Below the pieces are notes generated by a model. That model saw only the letters and a list, made by a program, of their open reading frames with translations, was not told where the DNA came from and made no database searches. A stretch of 64,000 bases of DNA from an uncultured Gammaproteobacteria bacterium. GTDB taxonomy: Bacteria > Patescibacteriota > Patescibacteriia > UBA1558 > 2-01-FULL-52-15. The first letter of the stretch is position 1. Each line of letters opens with the position of its first letter. A program made the position numbers and the translations under genes. Positions 1 through 8,443 of the stretch are shown here, in pieces. The stretch covers positions 32,079 through 96,078 of the forward strand of contig CAYOCJ010000001.1 of the NCBI GenBank assembly GCA_964402565.1, written 5' to 3'.

Positions 1-251
1 TAACGCCGCCCTCAGCAACATCGATCATACAGCGGTTGGTCCGGAGCGGGCGTTTGAAGCGCATCGTGGATCCTACGGATCGGCGCAAGGTAAGGCTGAC
101 TGTATCACAAACAGGTAAGAGTATGATCGACGATGCATATACCCATATGGCATTGCACATGCGTCAGCTTTTTAGTGTGTTGAATGAACGAGAACGCGAA
201 GAATTAACTCGCATTTTAACTAAGATAACTGCGCGGAGGGCGCCACGATAA
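1..251 (+). CDS. MarR-family transcriptional regulator, C-terminal part (5' end lies outside window)
   Basis: Translation ...LVRSGRLKRIVDPTDRRKVRLTVSQTGKSMID... matches the MarR wing/recognition region (DRR..V.LT..G). Sits directly upstream of the HlyD/MFS efflux genes. Confidence 0.5.
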   Translation, partial: TPPSATSIIQRLVRSGRLKRIVDPTDRRKVRLTVSQTGKSMIDDAYTHMALHMRQLFSVLNEREREELTRILTKITARRAPR

Positions 252-261
252 TGAAAGGCCT

Positions 262-1809
262 ATGAAAAAATTTCTACCTACTATCATTGCCGGAGTTGCG
301 ATGGTGCTGATCATTTGGTTCTCAGCATCTATGCTGCTTCCGAAAAAAGTAGCCTATAGCTACGAAACAGTAACAACGCATGATCTACAAAGCGCGGTCA
401 GTCTCGACGGCAAGGTAACCCCGGCTCACAGCGTTGATCTTGCGTTTGAGCGCAACGGACGTGTCCGCAGCGTTTCTGTGGATGTCGATGCCAAGGTGAA
501 AGCCGGCGAAGTGCTTGTAACGCTCGAGTCGGCCGATGTGAACGCGCAGCTTGAACAGGCACAAGCGTCGCTGGCTGCTCAGAAAGCACGTCTCCTGCAG
601 CTGCAGCATGGCGCACGCTCCGAGGATGTAGCAGTACAGGAAACTGGGGCGACGAATGCACAAGCGTCGCTCGATGTCAGCAAGCAAACCTTGATAAGCC
701 GTATTAAAGACGCCTTCACTGCTTCTGATGATGCGATCCGGGCAAAAGCAGATACGATGTTTCTGAATCCTCAGGGAGACCAGCCGCTGCTTGCCTTTGC
801 TACAGCAAACACACAGGATGCAGCCAACGTTACTTGGCAGCGCACGGTCTTTACAAAAGAATTGCCGGAATGGAATGCGTCACTTTCGACATTGACGGTC
901 AACGGAGATATCGATGCTGCTGGTACCAATGCCGGGAAGAAGCTAGATGAAGTGAGAGCATTCTTGGATACGCTTTCGATCATCGTTAACGGACTGACAC
1001 CAGGCGCGCAATTGCCTCAATCGACGATCGATATGTATAAGCTGAGCGTTTCTACGGCACGCAGCGGGATTACGACAGCGCAATCGAACTTGCTTACTGC
1101 AACGACAGGCTATGCGAATGCTCAGTCAGCGCTAAAGCTGGCGCAAGATCAGCTTACCTTGAAAAAGGCTGGCGCAACTTCAGATGATATTGCGATTCAG
1201 ACAGCGCAGGTAGCTCAGGCTCAGGCGGGCGTTGATGCGCTCAATGCACAGCTTGGGAAAACAGTACTGCGTGCTCCGATCAGCGGCACGGTGTCGGCGA
1301 AAAATGTCCAGGTCGGTGAGATCGTAGCACCGAATGCACCGGTCATTTCCATAATTTCTGACGCTACCTTCGAGATCGAAGGACAGCTTTCAGAAGCTGA
1401 CATAGCGCACGTCGCAGTAGGGCAGCACGCCACGGCATCGCTCGATGCATATGGCACGGGCTCTGCATTTGATGCAGTGGTAACCAAGCTTGATCCTGTA
1501 GAAACGACCATCAATGGCGTCGGTTCGTATAAGGTGACACTGCAATTCGTGCAGGCAAACGATCAGGTGAAGTCAGGCATGAGCGCGAATGTGAAGATCG
1601 TCACGGGCGAGCAGAAAGGCGTTATCGCGGTCCCGGAGCGATCGATATTCACGAATGATGCAAAGCATTATGTTCTTGTTGCAGCGGACAAGGCGCAGCC
1701 GGAGCAGAGAAGTGTCGAAATCGGCATCAAAGGAGCTGATGGCTATGTCGAGATCACCAGCGGCCTGAATGCCGGTGATCGCATAGTCTCATTTAACACT
1801 CGTAATTAA
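262..1809 (+). CDS. HlyD-family membrane fusion protein (efflux adaptor subunit)
   Basis: N-terminal TM anchor, long coiled-coil segment (AQLEQAQASLAAQKARLLQLQ...) and C-terminal beta-barrel-like region, typical of EmrA/HlyD adaptors. Operon context with an MFS pump. Confidence 0.65.
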   Translation: MKKFLPTIIAGVAMVLIIWFSASMLLPKKVAYSYETVTTHDLQSAVSLDGKVTPAHSVDLAFERNGRVRSVSVDVDAKVKAGEVLVTLESADVNAQLEQAQASLAAQKARLLQLQHGARSEDVAVQETGATNAQASLDVSKQTLISRIKDAFTASDDAIRAKADTMFLNPQGDQPLLAFATANTQDAANVTWQRTVFTKELPEWNASLSTLTVNGDIDAAGTNAGKKLDEVRAFLDTLSIIVNGLTPGAQLPQSTIDMYKLSVSTARSGITTAQSNLLTATTGYANAQSALKLAQDQLTLKKAGATSDDIAIQTAQVAQAQAGVDALNAQLGKTVLRAPISGTVSAKNVQVGEIVAPNAPVISIISDATFEIEGQLSEADIAHVAVGQHATASLDAYGTGSAFDAVVTKLDPVETTINGVGSYKVTLQFVQANDQVKSGMSANVKIVTGEQKGVIAVPERSIFTNDAKHYVLVAADKAQPEQRSVEIGIKGADGYVEITSGLNAGDRIVSFNTRN

Positions 1810-1817
1810 GCACAACT

Positions 1818-2543
1818 ATGGAATCAAACGCGCAACAAACTCAGGAGGTTCTGAAACAGGAAACGGAGATATTGAAAGAGGAAAAAGCAATTTTACAGGA
1901 GGTAAAGAAAGAACAGCGATCGCTGAAGTCGCTGACCAAAAATGTCTGGTTTCTGAATATCGCGGTAGTTGTCATTGTCGTCGGCGTTGTCGTTGGGCTC
2001 TTGTACTGGAATGTTTCTTCGAACAGGGTCTATACCGATAAAGCTTCCATCATGGCGCCGGAGATAGCATTGGCTCCAAAGTCGAGCGGCACGCTCGAAG
2101 AGCTCTATGTACACGAAGGCGATGCAATCCTCAAAGATACGACCGTGGCGCGCGTCGGCAATGAATTGATCAAAACCAGCGTTGATACGATCGTAGTCAG
2201 TGTGAAGGATGATGTCGGGAAGATCTTTAACCCGGGTGAAGCAGTGGTAACCGTTATCGATCCCAGCACATTGCGCGTGGTCGGAAGCGTCGGGGAAGAC
2301 AAAGGCCTGACAGATATTCGTGTCGGACAGCGCGCTGTCTTTACCGTTGACGCATTTGGAGGCAGGCAATTTGATGGTATTGTCGATGAGGTCAGTCCAA
2401 CTTCGCATCAGAGCGATATTGTGTTTAATATTTCTGACAAGCGAGAAACGCAGGATTTTGATGTGAAGGTTCGCTTCGACATCAATGCATATCCTGAGCT
2501 CAAGAATGGCATGTCTGCCAAGATCTGGGTCTACAAAAATTAA
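1818..2543 (+). CDS. HlyD/EmrA-like membrane fusion protein (short paralog)
   Basis: TM anchor, coiled-coil N-terminus, and a biotinyl/lipoyl-like plus beta-barrel C-terminal segment (AVFTVDAFGGRQFDGIVDEVSP). Tandem with the preceding adaptor. Confidence 0.55.
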   Translation: MESNAQQTQEVLKQETEILKEEKAILQEVKKEQRSLKSLTKNVWFLNIAVVVIVVGVVVGLLYWNVSSNRVYTDKASIMAPEIALAPKSSGTLEELYVHEGDAILKDTTVARVGNELIKTSVDTIVVSVKDDVGKIFNPGEAVVTVIDPSTLRVVGSVGEDKGLTDIRVGQRAVFTVDAFGGRQFDGIVDEVSPTSHQSDIVFNISDKRETQDFDVKVRFDINAYPELKNGMSAKIWVYKN

Positions 2544-2548
2544 AACCT

Positions 2549-4048
2549 ATGACTGAGGCTGCTCCACAAAAAAATGGCGCCAAATGGTTAGTGCTCCTGA
2601 CCGTCATTGTCGGTACTTTTTTGGGGCGGCTTGATCAAACCATCGTCAACCTGGCTTTGCCAAAGATGATCGATGATTTCGGCATTTCGGTCACGGCCGC
2701 AGGGTGGATCGCGACAGCATATATTCTTGCGAACGCTATCTTCGTCCCGATCTGGGGCAAGCTCGGCGACACTATCGGCCGAAAAAAAGTCTATGTGTTA
2801 GGCTTCATCGGTTTTATCATCGGCTCTGCGCTTGCTGGCTTTTCATGGAATTTAGGTTCTATGATCGTGTTTCGTGTTCTACAGGCCATTGCGAGTTCTG
2901 CGGATTATCCGACCGCGATGGCGATCCTTGCGGTGACCTTCAAAGAAGGCAAAGAACGCGCACAGGCACTGGGGATCTGGTCTTCATCTTTTGCCGCCGC
3001 TGCCGTATTCGGTCCGTTACTCGGCGGTCCGCTCATCGACAACTTTGGCTGGCGGTCCATCTTCTTGATCAATATTCCTGTCGGCCTGGTCGGCCTGCTC
3101 ATGGCCTTCGTGTATGTGAAAGAATCTGTTTCCGAGCGCAAGACGAAAGTATTTGACTGGTGGGGGGCGATTACGCTGGGTGCGGCGCTCGCAGCCTTAG
3201 TGCTGGTACTTGATAAAGGTCTTGATTGGGGATGGCTCTCGGTGAAAAGCATGATCACCTATGCTGCGACGGTTGTTTTCACCTACATTTTCATACGCGT
3301 GGAGAAACATCACCCAGAACCGATCGTCGATCTGAAATTTTTCCAAAACAGCACTTTCGTCAATACGATCATCAATAATTTTATCGTTTTCATGGGCATG
3401 ATCGGGAGTCTTTTCTTGATCCCGATCTTCGCGCAGACCTTTTTGGGCTATGATGCGACTGAAACCGGCTATCTTTTCATACCGATGGCCGCCGCGCTGA
3501 TGATCGGAGCGCCGATCGGCGGCCAGCTCGTGGGTAAGGTACAGGCGCGCTATGTCATTGCGGCGAGTACTTTTTTATCAGGCTGTGCAATGTATCTTTT
3601 CTCGCTTCTTGACCCAAGATCAAGTGCCCTGGATATCATAGTGCCTCTTGCATTCATGGCTTTCTCATTAGGATTCGGTATGGCACAGCGCACCACAACT
3701 ATCACGTCAGCAGTCCCTACGAATGAAGTTGGTGTTGCTTCATCTATTCTGGCGTTGGCGCGTAATATTGCCGGAGCATTCGGCATTGCGGTTTTTGGAA
3801 CGATTTTACATAATGCGATCGAACGCAATGTACTCGACATCGCCCGCCAGAGCACCTTGCATCTGACCGACCCGACACAATACGGTCAGGCCATCGGTCT
3901 GATGTCGCTCAAAGCACAGATCTCTTCGTATGGGACTGTGTATGCGGTTGCTGCGGCGATCATGATCGTCGGTGCAGTCAATGCATTCTGGATCAGATCG
4001 CCAAAGAAGCAGGAAAAAATTAAAGCCAGCGACTTGATGATGGAGTAA
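2549..4048 (+). CDS. MFS transporter, DHA2 (EmrB/QacA) drug-resistance family, 14-TMS type
   Basis: About 500 aa and highly hydrophobic. Motif GRLDQTIVNLALP...G.LGD.IGRKK is typical of the DHA2 family. Last gene of the marR-hlyD-hlyD-mfs unit. Confidence 0.8.
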   Translation: MTEAAPQKNGAKWLVLLTVIVGTFLGRLDQTIVNLALPKMIDDFGISVTAAGWIATAYILANAIFVPIWGKLGDTIGRKKVYVLGFIGFIIGSALAGFSWNLGSMIVFRVLQAIASSADYPTAMAILAVTFKEGKERAQALGIWSSSFAAAAVFGPLLGGPLIDNFGWRSIFLINIPVGLVGLLMAFVYVKESVSERKTKVFDWWGAITLGAALAALVLVLDKGLDWGWLSVKSMITYAATVVFTYIFIRVEKHHPEPIVDLKFFQNSTFVNTIINNFIVFMGMIGSLFLIPIFAQTFLGYDATETGYLFIPMAAALMIGAPIGGQLVGKVQARYVIAASTFLSGCAMYLFSLLDPRSSALDIIVPLAFMAFSLGFGMAQRTTTITSAVPTNEVGVASSILALARNIAGAFGIAVFGTILHNAIERNVLDIARQSTLHLTDPTQYGQAIGLMSLKAQISSYGTVYAVAAAIMIVGAVNAFWIRSPKKQEKIKASDLMME

Positions 4049-4063
4049 TGGTTACGAATAACT

Positions 4064-4193
4064 CAAAACTCACCTTTTAGAGGTGAGTCATTGTGACGGG
4101 TACTCCGTAGATCCGCAAGGAGCGAAGGAGGATGGGGTTGCTATCTGCGTGTCGGCAGGCAGGGATGAGAAGGTTGGGAAACTTTTAATTTAT
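4064..4193. repeat. Mosaic island repeat, copy D: hairpin module actcaccttttagaggtgagt plus the ggatgagaaggttgggaaacttttaa module
   Basis: The same hairpin core (cccacc tttag aggtggg variants) and the ggatgagaaggttgggaaactttta block recur at 7194-7268. The hairpin core recurs in all copies. Confidence 0.6.
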
Positions 4194-4312
4194 GTTATCC
4201 CTTGGAAGCGTATGGTCAATTGGAAGATGTAATATTCCCATCGATAATTTCAAGCACTGCAATCTCGAGGTCGCTTTTAAATATACTTTTTTGAAATTTC
4301 CATTTTACAATT

Positions 4313-4753
4313 CTACTGATCTAACGTATAAGGTAAAACTTCGCCACTTTTTTTATACTCTAAACCATTTTTCATACCAAGAGTAAACATAATTGCTGGG
4401 ATGACGATAAGTATAATTAGTACTATTATCCACCCGACTCTTTTTAATCGAGGATAGACAGCAGATAAAAAAATACCACTCAAAATAGCAAAGGGAGCGG
4501 AAAAAAATAAACTAATTCCTATTATATCACTGGTGCTCCAAGTGCCCCTCGTTATATGTCCATATGCAGCTAAGTCATGACCAACCATGCCAGCCGCAAT
4601 AAAATTGTTCCAAGAAACCCATGTATAGATGCTCCATAAAAAAGCACGTATAATCCGATCATTAAAAGCATTCTTAGGTGCTGGTTTTGATTGTGAATTA
4701 TATTCTTCCATATTTATTGTTAATTTAAGTATAGAAATTACATTATAGCACAA
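4313..4753 (-). CDS. hypothetical small integral membrane protein (island cargo)
   Basis: ORF with 3-4 predicted TM segments. Likely true start at the internal MEEYNSQ (about 4712). No recognisable family. Confidence 0.4.
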   Translation of the reverse strand: MCYNVISILKLTINMEEYNSQSKPAPKNAFNDRIIRAFLWSIYTWVSWNNFIAAGMVGHDLAAYGHITRGTWSTSDIIGISLFFSAPFAILSGIFLSAVYPRLKRVGWIIVLIILIVIPAIMFTLGMKNGLEYKKSGEVLPYTLDQ

Positions 4754-4880
4754 AACCCAGTTTTAGACTGAGGCTTTATGACGGGTGGCGTCGCCACGTT
4801 CTACGTGGCTTTACGGAGTGGCAAACTCCATTTGACGCTTTATTTACAACACAAAACCCACCTTTTAGAGGTGGGTCATC
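4748..4880. repeat. Mosaic island repeat, copy C (module order permuted relative to copies A and B)
   Basis: Contains gggtggcgtcgccacgttctacgtggctttacg followed by gcaaactccatttgacgctttatttacaacacaaaacccaccttttagaggtgggtca. These are the same blocks as in 6096-6200 and 8264-8365, but in the opposite order. Confidence 0.6.
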
Positions 4881-5009
4881 AATTAGGTTTTGATTTCAAA
4901 TGGGCGGTTTTCGGAAGTATTGATCTTGTATACGAAAAGGAAATAGATATAGCTTCGGAAACGATTATTCGTTTGCCGGAAATCACTTTTGCTAATCCTC
5001 CAAAGAAAA

Positions 5010-5061
5010 ACGCCGCGTGAGCTTGTAAGCTTTTGACGCGGCGTTAGGTTATTCTTTTTTT
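5010..5061. terminator. Intrinsic terminator-like hairpin (acgccgcg...cgcggcgt) flanked by an A-run and a T-run; plausibly bidirectional
   Basis: Stem of about 8 bp with an inner palindrome agcttgtaagct, followed by a T-run (ttattcttttttt). Confidence 0.4.
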
Positions 5062-5266
5062 AGGAGAGATGTGCGAATTTTTGGATACACATACTCTCCT
5101 GGTTGTTCCATGCACCATCCTTCTGGGGAGCCAGCTGGCGTAATCGGGTCTCTCAGCCAAGGGAAGAGTATTAAGAGACAATCCCTTAAGCCCTCCTTAT
5201 AGACGACAAGTCCACTATGAGCAGGGTTCAAGAATTTAAATTGTAAAACCGCTTTTCAAGAGGGTT

Positions 5267-5986
5267 TTACGAACTTTGTAGAATCTTCAACGTACTTATG
5301 AGTTGTTCAATTGTTGGATCGAAGCTTTGTTGAGGTTTGCGCATTTCGTCCATAAACCAAGCTTTCGCTGCATCAAGATCGCCGCTGTCACCTGAAAATG
5401 GTGTAAATCCTCCTTCGGTAATAATGAGGTTTGGGTACTGTTGATTTGCTAAAGGCACTAGATAGTTGTATCCAATGTCAACAGAAAGGATATTAGTTAG
5501 CACACAATACTGGAGTACTTTCAACCCATTCAAATCTATAACCTTCGGAACTGACACAGCTGCGATGGTACCTGAACTCTTCATGATAGCAGTTTTGAGA
5601 TCTTCAGTAGACTTTTTAAGATCAAGCGGTTTTGCTAGACTGTTGTTCGTATTGCTGTTAGGAGCCTCAATCGTAAGATAGGAATGGGATCCAACTTTAT
5701 CAACCGTATCCATTATCAGCCACAACCCCACTGTCCTACCTCCATTGTCTTTACTGACTAATCGGGTAATTGATACATTAGGCGGATGTCTAAACTCAAT
5801 GCCAAGTTCTTGATCCTGATACTTAGGCCATAAGGATGTATCTGTAATGTCAATCAGGTTTGCAGTATTTGTACCTGTTATCTCCGAGGGCTTCCATTTG
5901 TTTACACATATAAGCGCAACGAAAATAGACACTCCTATCACAAGAATGAAAAGTATGAATAAAAGTAGTTTTGCATTATATTTCAT
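5267..5986 (-). CDS. hypothetical membrane-anchored protein (island cargo)
   Basis: N-terminal TM helix (LLLFILFILVIGVSIFVALICV) then a soluble domain. No family recognised. Confidence 0.45.
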   Translation of the reverse strand: MKYNAKLLLFILFILVIGVSIFVALICVNKWKPSEITGTNTANLIDITDTSLWPKYQDQELGIEFRHPPNVSITRLVSKDNGGRTVGLWLIMDTVDKVGSHSYLTIEAPNSNTNNSLAKPLDLKKSTEDLKTAIMKSSGTIAAVSVPKVIDLNGLKVLQYCVLTNILSVDIGYNYLVPLANQQYPNLIITEGGFTPFSGDSGDLDAAKAWFMDEMRKPQQSFDPTIEQLISTLKILQSS

Positions 5987-5995
5987 ATGTACCCA

Positions 5996-6025
5996 ATTCT
6001 AACAGCACAAGATAAACTCTGTCCA
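5996..6025 (-). promoter_or_regulatory. sigma70-like promoter on the minus strand (TGGACA-N18-TAGAAT); the -10 ends about 10 nt before the ATG of the 5267..5986 gene, implying a leaderless mRNA
   Basis: Read on the minus strand: tggaca gagtttatcttgtgctgt tagaat tgggtacat ATG. The -35 hexamer lies inside the repeat module. Confidence 0.35.
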
Positions 6026-6235
6026 GCGTCGTCGCGACGGCTTTAATTTAGAGTTCAAAGTCCTTCTAGGGGTGCATATATTTTCTACTTTTTTGGCAAA
6101 CTCCATTTGACGCTTTATTTACAACACAAAACCCACCTTTTAGAGGTGGGTCATTGTGAAGGGTGGCGTGGCCACGTTCTACGTGGCTTTACGCCATGGG
6201 GCGGCTACCCGCCCGCCGGCAGGGATGAAAAACTG
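6021..6235. repeat. Mosaic island repeat, copy B (about 190 bp, nearly identical to copy A at 8191-8385)
   Basis: Only about 4 mismatches to 8197-8385 over roughly 188 bp. Contains the palindrome gtcgcgac, the hairpin cccacctttt agaggtggg, cgtggccacg, and gccatggggcggctac, which is identical to the 3' end of tRNA-His. Confidence 0.7.
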
Positions 6236-6244
6236 ACAAATCTA

Positions 6245-7189
6245 CTAGGCCACCGTATTTGAGTCGGCAGCTTGTATTTGTGGAGTTGATTTTTTGAGGC
6301 AGATCTTGCTGAAGAAGTAAAATAAGTAGATCGCTACAATATCCTGAATCACAAATGAGATTAGATCTATTGTTTTTGGCGCTGCTCCTGGTTTAGAGGG
6401 GTTTATCATGCCAACGATCGCTAAAAGTATACTGGCCAAGATAAGCATACTATAATATTTGGTGCTTAGTTTGACTACTTCTTGATTATTTTGTGTTGTG
6501 AAATGTTGATTGACAAAAAAGTGCGCCGAAGTCCATATTCCCAGCCACATAAGTAATGAATGCGTGATAAGTACAAAAGCTATTTGCAAGATTTTATTCT
6601 CAATTTGAATACCGTTCGTAAAAAAATCTACAGTAGAGCCTGGATGTATAACCCCTAGAGCTAGTAGAAGTCCTCCAAGTGCAAAATAGAAAATTGGGGA
6701 CACAAAACTCAAAAACATAAGCAATGAAAACACGTGAATGCTCGCAAGATATTTTGCAGGCTTTTTCTTGGATATCGAACCAGTTGGCGCATAGGGTTTT
6801 GCATAAGCCCGGTTAAAATAGATCGTAAAAAATAACGCAAGAATGATTACGAGTGCAATTGTTCCGACGCCCATTAGTAGGGAGGCTTTTTGTACATAAA
6901 CTCCTTGCTGAACATATCCAGACTTTGTTGCCATAAAAACAAAGAGACTAAAGATAGCAGCCACTAACAACTGCGTAATCGAAAAGAGCGTGAGAGAAAA
7001 ACGACTGCCTTGCACTGAGGTATAGAGTAACGACAGAAGAAGACAGGTGAAAAAGATACTTAATACTATCGCCGCGAGAACAACTTCACCACCGAAAGTT
7101 TTGAATAGAAGTCCATCGAGAAAGAGAAGGTAGGCACAATACAATACGATGAATATGGTATTTTTTTTCATGCATATAGTATAACACAA
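6245..7189 (-). CDS. hypothetical polytopic membrane protein (about 8 TM; island cargo)
   Basis: 314-aa ORF, strongly hydrophobic throughout. No conserved motif recognised. Confidence 0.45.
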   Translation of the reverse strand: MCYTICMKKNTIFIVLYCAYLLFLDGLLFKTFGGEVVLAAIVLSIFFTCLLLSLLYTSVQGSRFSLTLFSITQLLVAAIFSLFVFMATKSGYVQQGVYVQKASLLMGVGTIALVIILALFFTIYFNRAYAKPYAPTGSISKKKPAKYLASIHVFSLLMFLSFVSPIFYFALGGLLLALGVIHPGSTVDFFTNGIQIENKILQIAFVLITHSLLMWLGIWTSAHFFVNQHFTTQNNQEVVKLSTKYYSMLILASILLAIVGMINPSKPGAAPKTIDLISFVIQDIVAIYLFYFFSKICLKKSTPQIQAADSNTVA

Positions 7190-7193
7190 AACC

Positions 7194-7268
7194 CACCTTT
7201 GAAGGGTGGGAATTTGTGATGGGGCGGCTGGATGAGAAGGTTGGGAAACTTTTAAATTATTATAGTTT
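7194..7268. repeat. Mosaic island repeat, copy E (hairpin core plus the ggatgagaaggttgggaaactttta module)
   Basis: acacaaaacccacctttgaagggtggg then atggggcggct then gatgagaaggttgggaaacttttaaatt. Shares blocks with copies A, B and D. Confidence 0.55.
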
Positions 7269-7356
7269 TGTGCGACGATTGTTCAGCATAAATTATTCAT
7301 ATCGCCTGATCAAACCCGTTGACTAAGTACTCATCTGACATTTCAAATCCCATTGT

Positions 7357-7962
7357 TCATTTGAAATTAGAATTCATTACAGGCGAGAATTCCGCAAGTT
7401 TTGAGATATCGCCACTTATTTTTTCAAAAATACAAGCCCAGCTTCTTTGCAGAGAAGGAAGTGATCGCTCAACTTCTATGAGTTTTCCTGCCGCTTCCAT
7501 TCCGAAGATATGGATATATCCTGCTCCGGCAAGAATATTTACCAAAATATGCTCCTGCACTGCCAGCTCTTCTCCGCTGAATTGGTGGGCAATAGGATTC
7601 CATAGTTTCTCTGCGGTCGTATTATTCGCGAAGTAACCAAAAAAAGTATGACACAGCTCATGAAGCACAACGGAGGCGGCGTGATCCAAATCCTGATCAA
7701 TGAAAAAAGTCAGTGGATCATTGAACGGGATAATCCCTTGCTGGCGATGCACAGGATAGGCAAGCCAAAAATCAGCTAGCGTCAAACCTCTTGCAGCATA
7801 GAATGCAAACACTTTATCATTTATCTTTTTCCAATGTGTCCCGAACTCAGTCGCGAAGCGCCAGCCTTCGGTCACAGCATCTTTAGATAACAAAACACCA
7901 ACCTGGGAAGCAAGTGTGCGGTCATAGATAGGTGAATAGCGAAAGTATAATTGTGTTGCCAT
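7357..7962 (-). CDS. HExxH-motif protein, putative zinc-metallopeptidase-like (island cargo)
   Basis: Contains VVLHELCHTFFGY (HExxH) in a cytoplasmic-looking 201-aa protein. Family not identified. Confidence 0.4.
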   Translation of the reverse strand: MATQLYFRYSPIYDRTLASQVGVLLSKDAVTEGWRFATEFGTHWKKINDKVFAFYAARGLTLADFWLAYPVHRQQGIIPFNDPLTFFIDQDLDHAASVVLHELCHTFFGYFANNTTAEKLWNPIAHQFSGEELAVQEHILVNILAGAGYIHIFGMEAAGKLIEVERSLPSLQRSWACIFEKISGDISKLAEFSPVMNSNFK

Positions 7963-7985
7963 ACTGAAATGAGTTTACTGCATTA

Positions 7986-8111
7986 TTATAAAAATGAGTA
8001 GAGCCCGGGATTCCAGTGATGGAACCCCGGGCCCCGGCCGACGAACTCGAAACCATTGTCACTAACAGGATAACCGTAAGTGATGACCAACGGCCGCGAG
8101 GCTTTATTCAT
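7986..8111 (-). CDS. unannotated small ORF (41 aa, MNKASRPLVITYGYPVSDNGFEFVGRGPGFHHWNPGLYSFL) with a strong Shine-Dalgarno sequence, directly upstream of the HExxH gene
   Basis: GGAGAAAGGAG lies 6 nt upstream of the ATG. Below the 60-aa cutoff of the ORF track. GC-rich hairpin (gcccggg...cccgggc) inside its 3' half. Confidence 0.3.
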   Translation of the reverse strand: MNKASRPLVITYGYPVSDNGFEFVGRGPGFHHWNPGLYSFL

Positions 8112-8168
8112 AACTCACTCCTTTCTCCTCAGATTCGTGAAAGATGTCAAAAAACGATTTGACTTGTT

Positions 8169-8197
8169 ACCATAGAAGGACTTCGAGAATGCGTCAA
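8169..8197 (-). promoter_or_regulatory. sigma70-like promoter on the minus strand (TTGACG-N17-TATGGT) upstream of the small ORF and HExxH gene
   Basis: Minus-strand reading: ttgacg cattctcgaagtccttc tatggt. The -35 lies at the edge of repeat copy A, at the same relative position as the -35 in copy B. Confidence 0.3.
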
Positions 8198-8385
8198 GCG
8201 TCGTCGCGACGGCTTTAATTTAGAGTTCAAAGTCCTTCTAGGGGCGCATATATTTTCTACTTTTTTGGCAAACTCCATTTGACGCTTTATTTACAACACA
8301 AAACCCACCTTTTAGAGGTGAGTCATTGTGACGGGTGGCGTGGCCACGTTCTACGTGGCTTTACGCCATGGGGCGGCTACTGGGA
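8191..8385. repeat. Mosaic island repeat, copy A; overlaps the 3' end of tRNA-His
   Basis: About 98% identical to 6021-6213. In minus-strand orientation it supplies a hairpin plus T-run (cccacctctaaaaggtggg ttttgtgtt), i.e. a terminator immediately 3' of tRNA-His. Confidence 0.7.
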
Positions 8386-8443
8386 ATCGAACCCAGGCAT
8401 CTAGGACCACAACCCAGTGTTCTGCCATTAAACTATAGCCGCC
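8369..8443 (-). tRNA. tRNA-His (anticodon GTG) with a genomically encoded G-1 and encoded CCA
   Basis: Reverse complement gives G-GCGGCTA TA GTTT AATGGCA GAAC A CTGGG TTGTGGT CCTAG ATGC CTGGG TTCGATT CCCAG TAGCCGC C CCA. Cloverleaf is canonical, with the extra 5' G pairing C73. Confidence 0.85.

Larger units (their letters stand above)
4049..8368. other. AT-rich accessory island between the efflux operon and tRNA-His: four minus-strand cargo genes, each flanked by members of one mosaic repeat family
   Basis: GC drops to roughly 36-40%. Repeated intergenic modules occur at about 4064-4193, 4748-4880, 6021-6235, 7194-7268 and 8191-8385. The island ends at the 3' end of tRNA-His. Confidence 0.5.

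Noticed and set aside
4778-5020. 80-aa plus-strand ORF (MTGGVATFYVALRSG...)
   Set aside because: It is a read-through translation of repeat copy C and its hairpin. The same reading frame artefact appears wherever the repeat occurs.
5049-5231. 60-aa minus-strand ORF (TTG start) inside the island
   Set aside because: No ATG start and no SD, and it overlaps a terminator hairpin region. Probably non-coding.
7986-8111. Lasso-peptide/RiPP precursor interpretation of the 41-aa ORF
   Set aside because: No lasso cyclase (Asn-synthetase-like), B-protein or other RiPP maturase nearby. The leader would be only about 12 aa, and the Gly1...Asp/Glu spacing is atypical. Kept only as an unannotated small ORF.
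4049-8385. Possible CRISPR array (because of repeated hairpin-containing units)
   Set aside because: Repeats are 40-200 bp, irregularly spaced and separated by full-length genes rather than 30-40 bp spacers. No cas genes.
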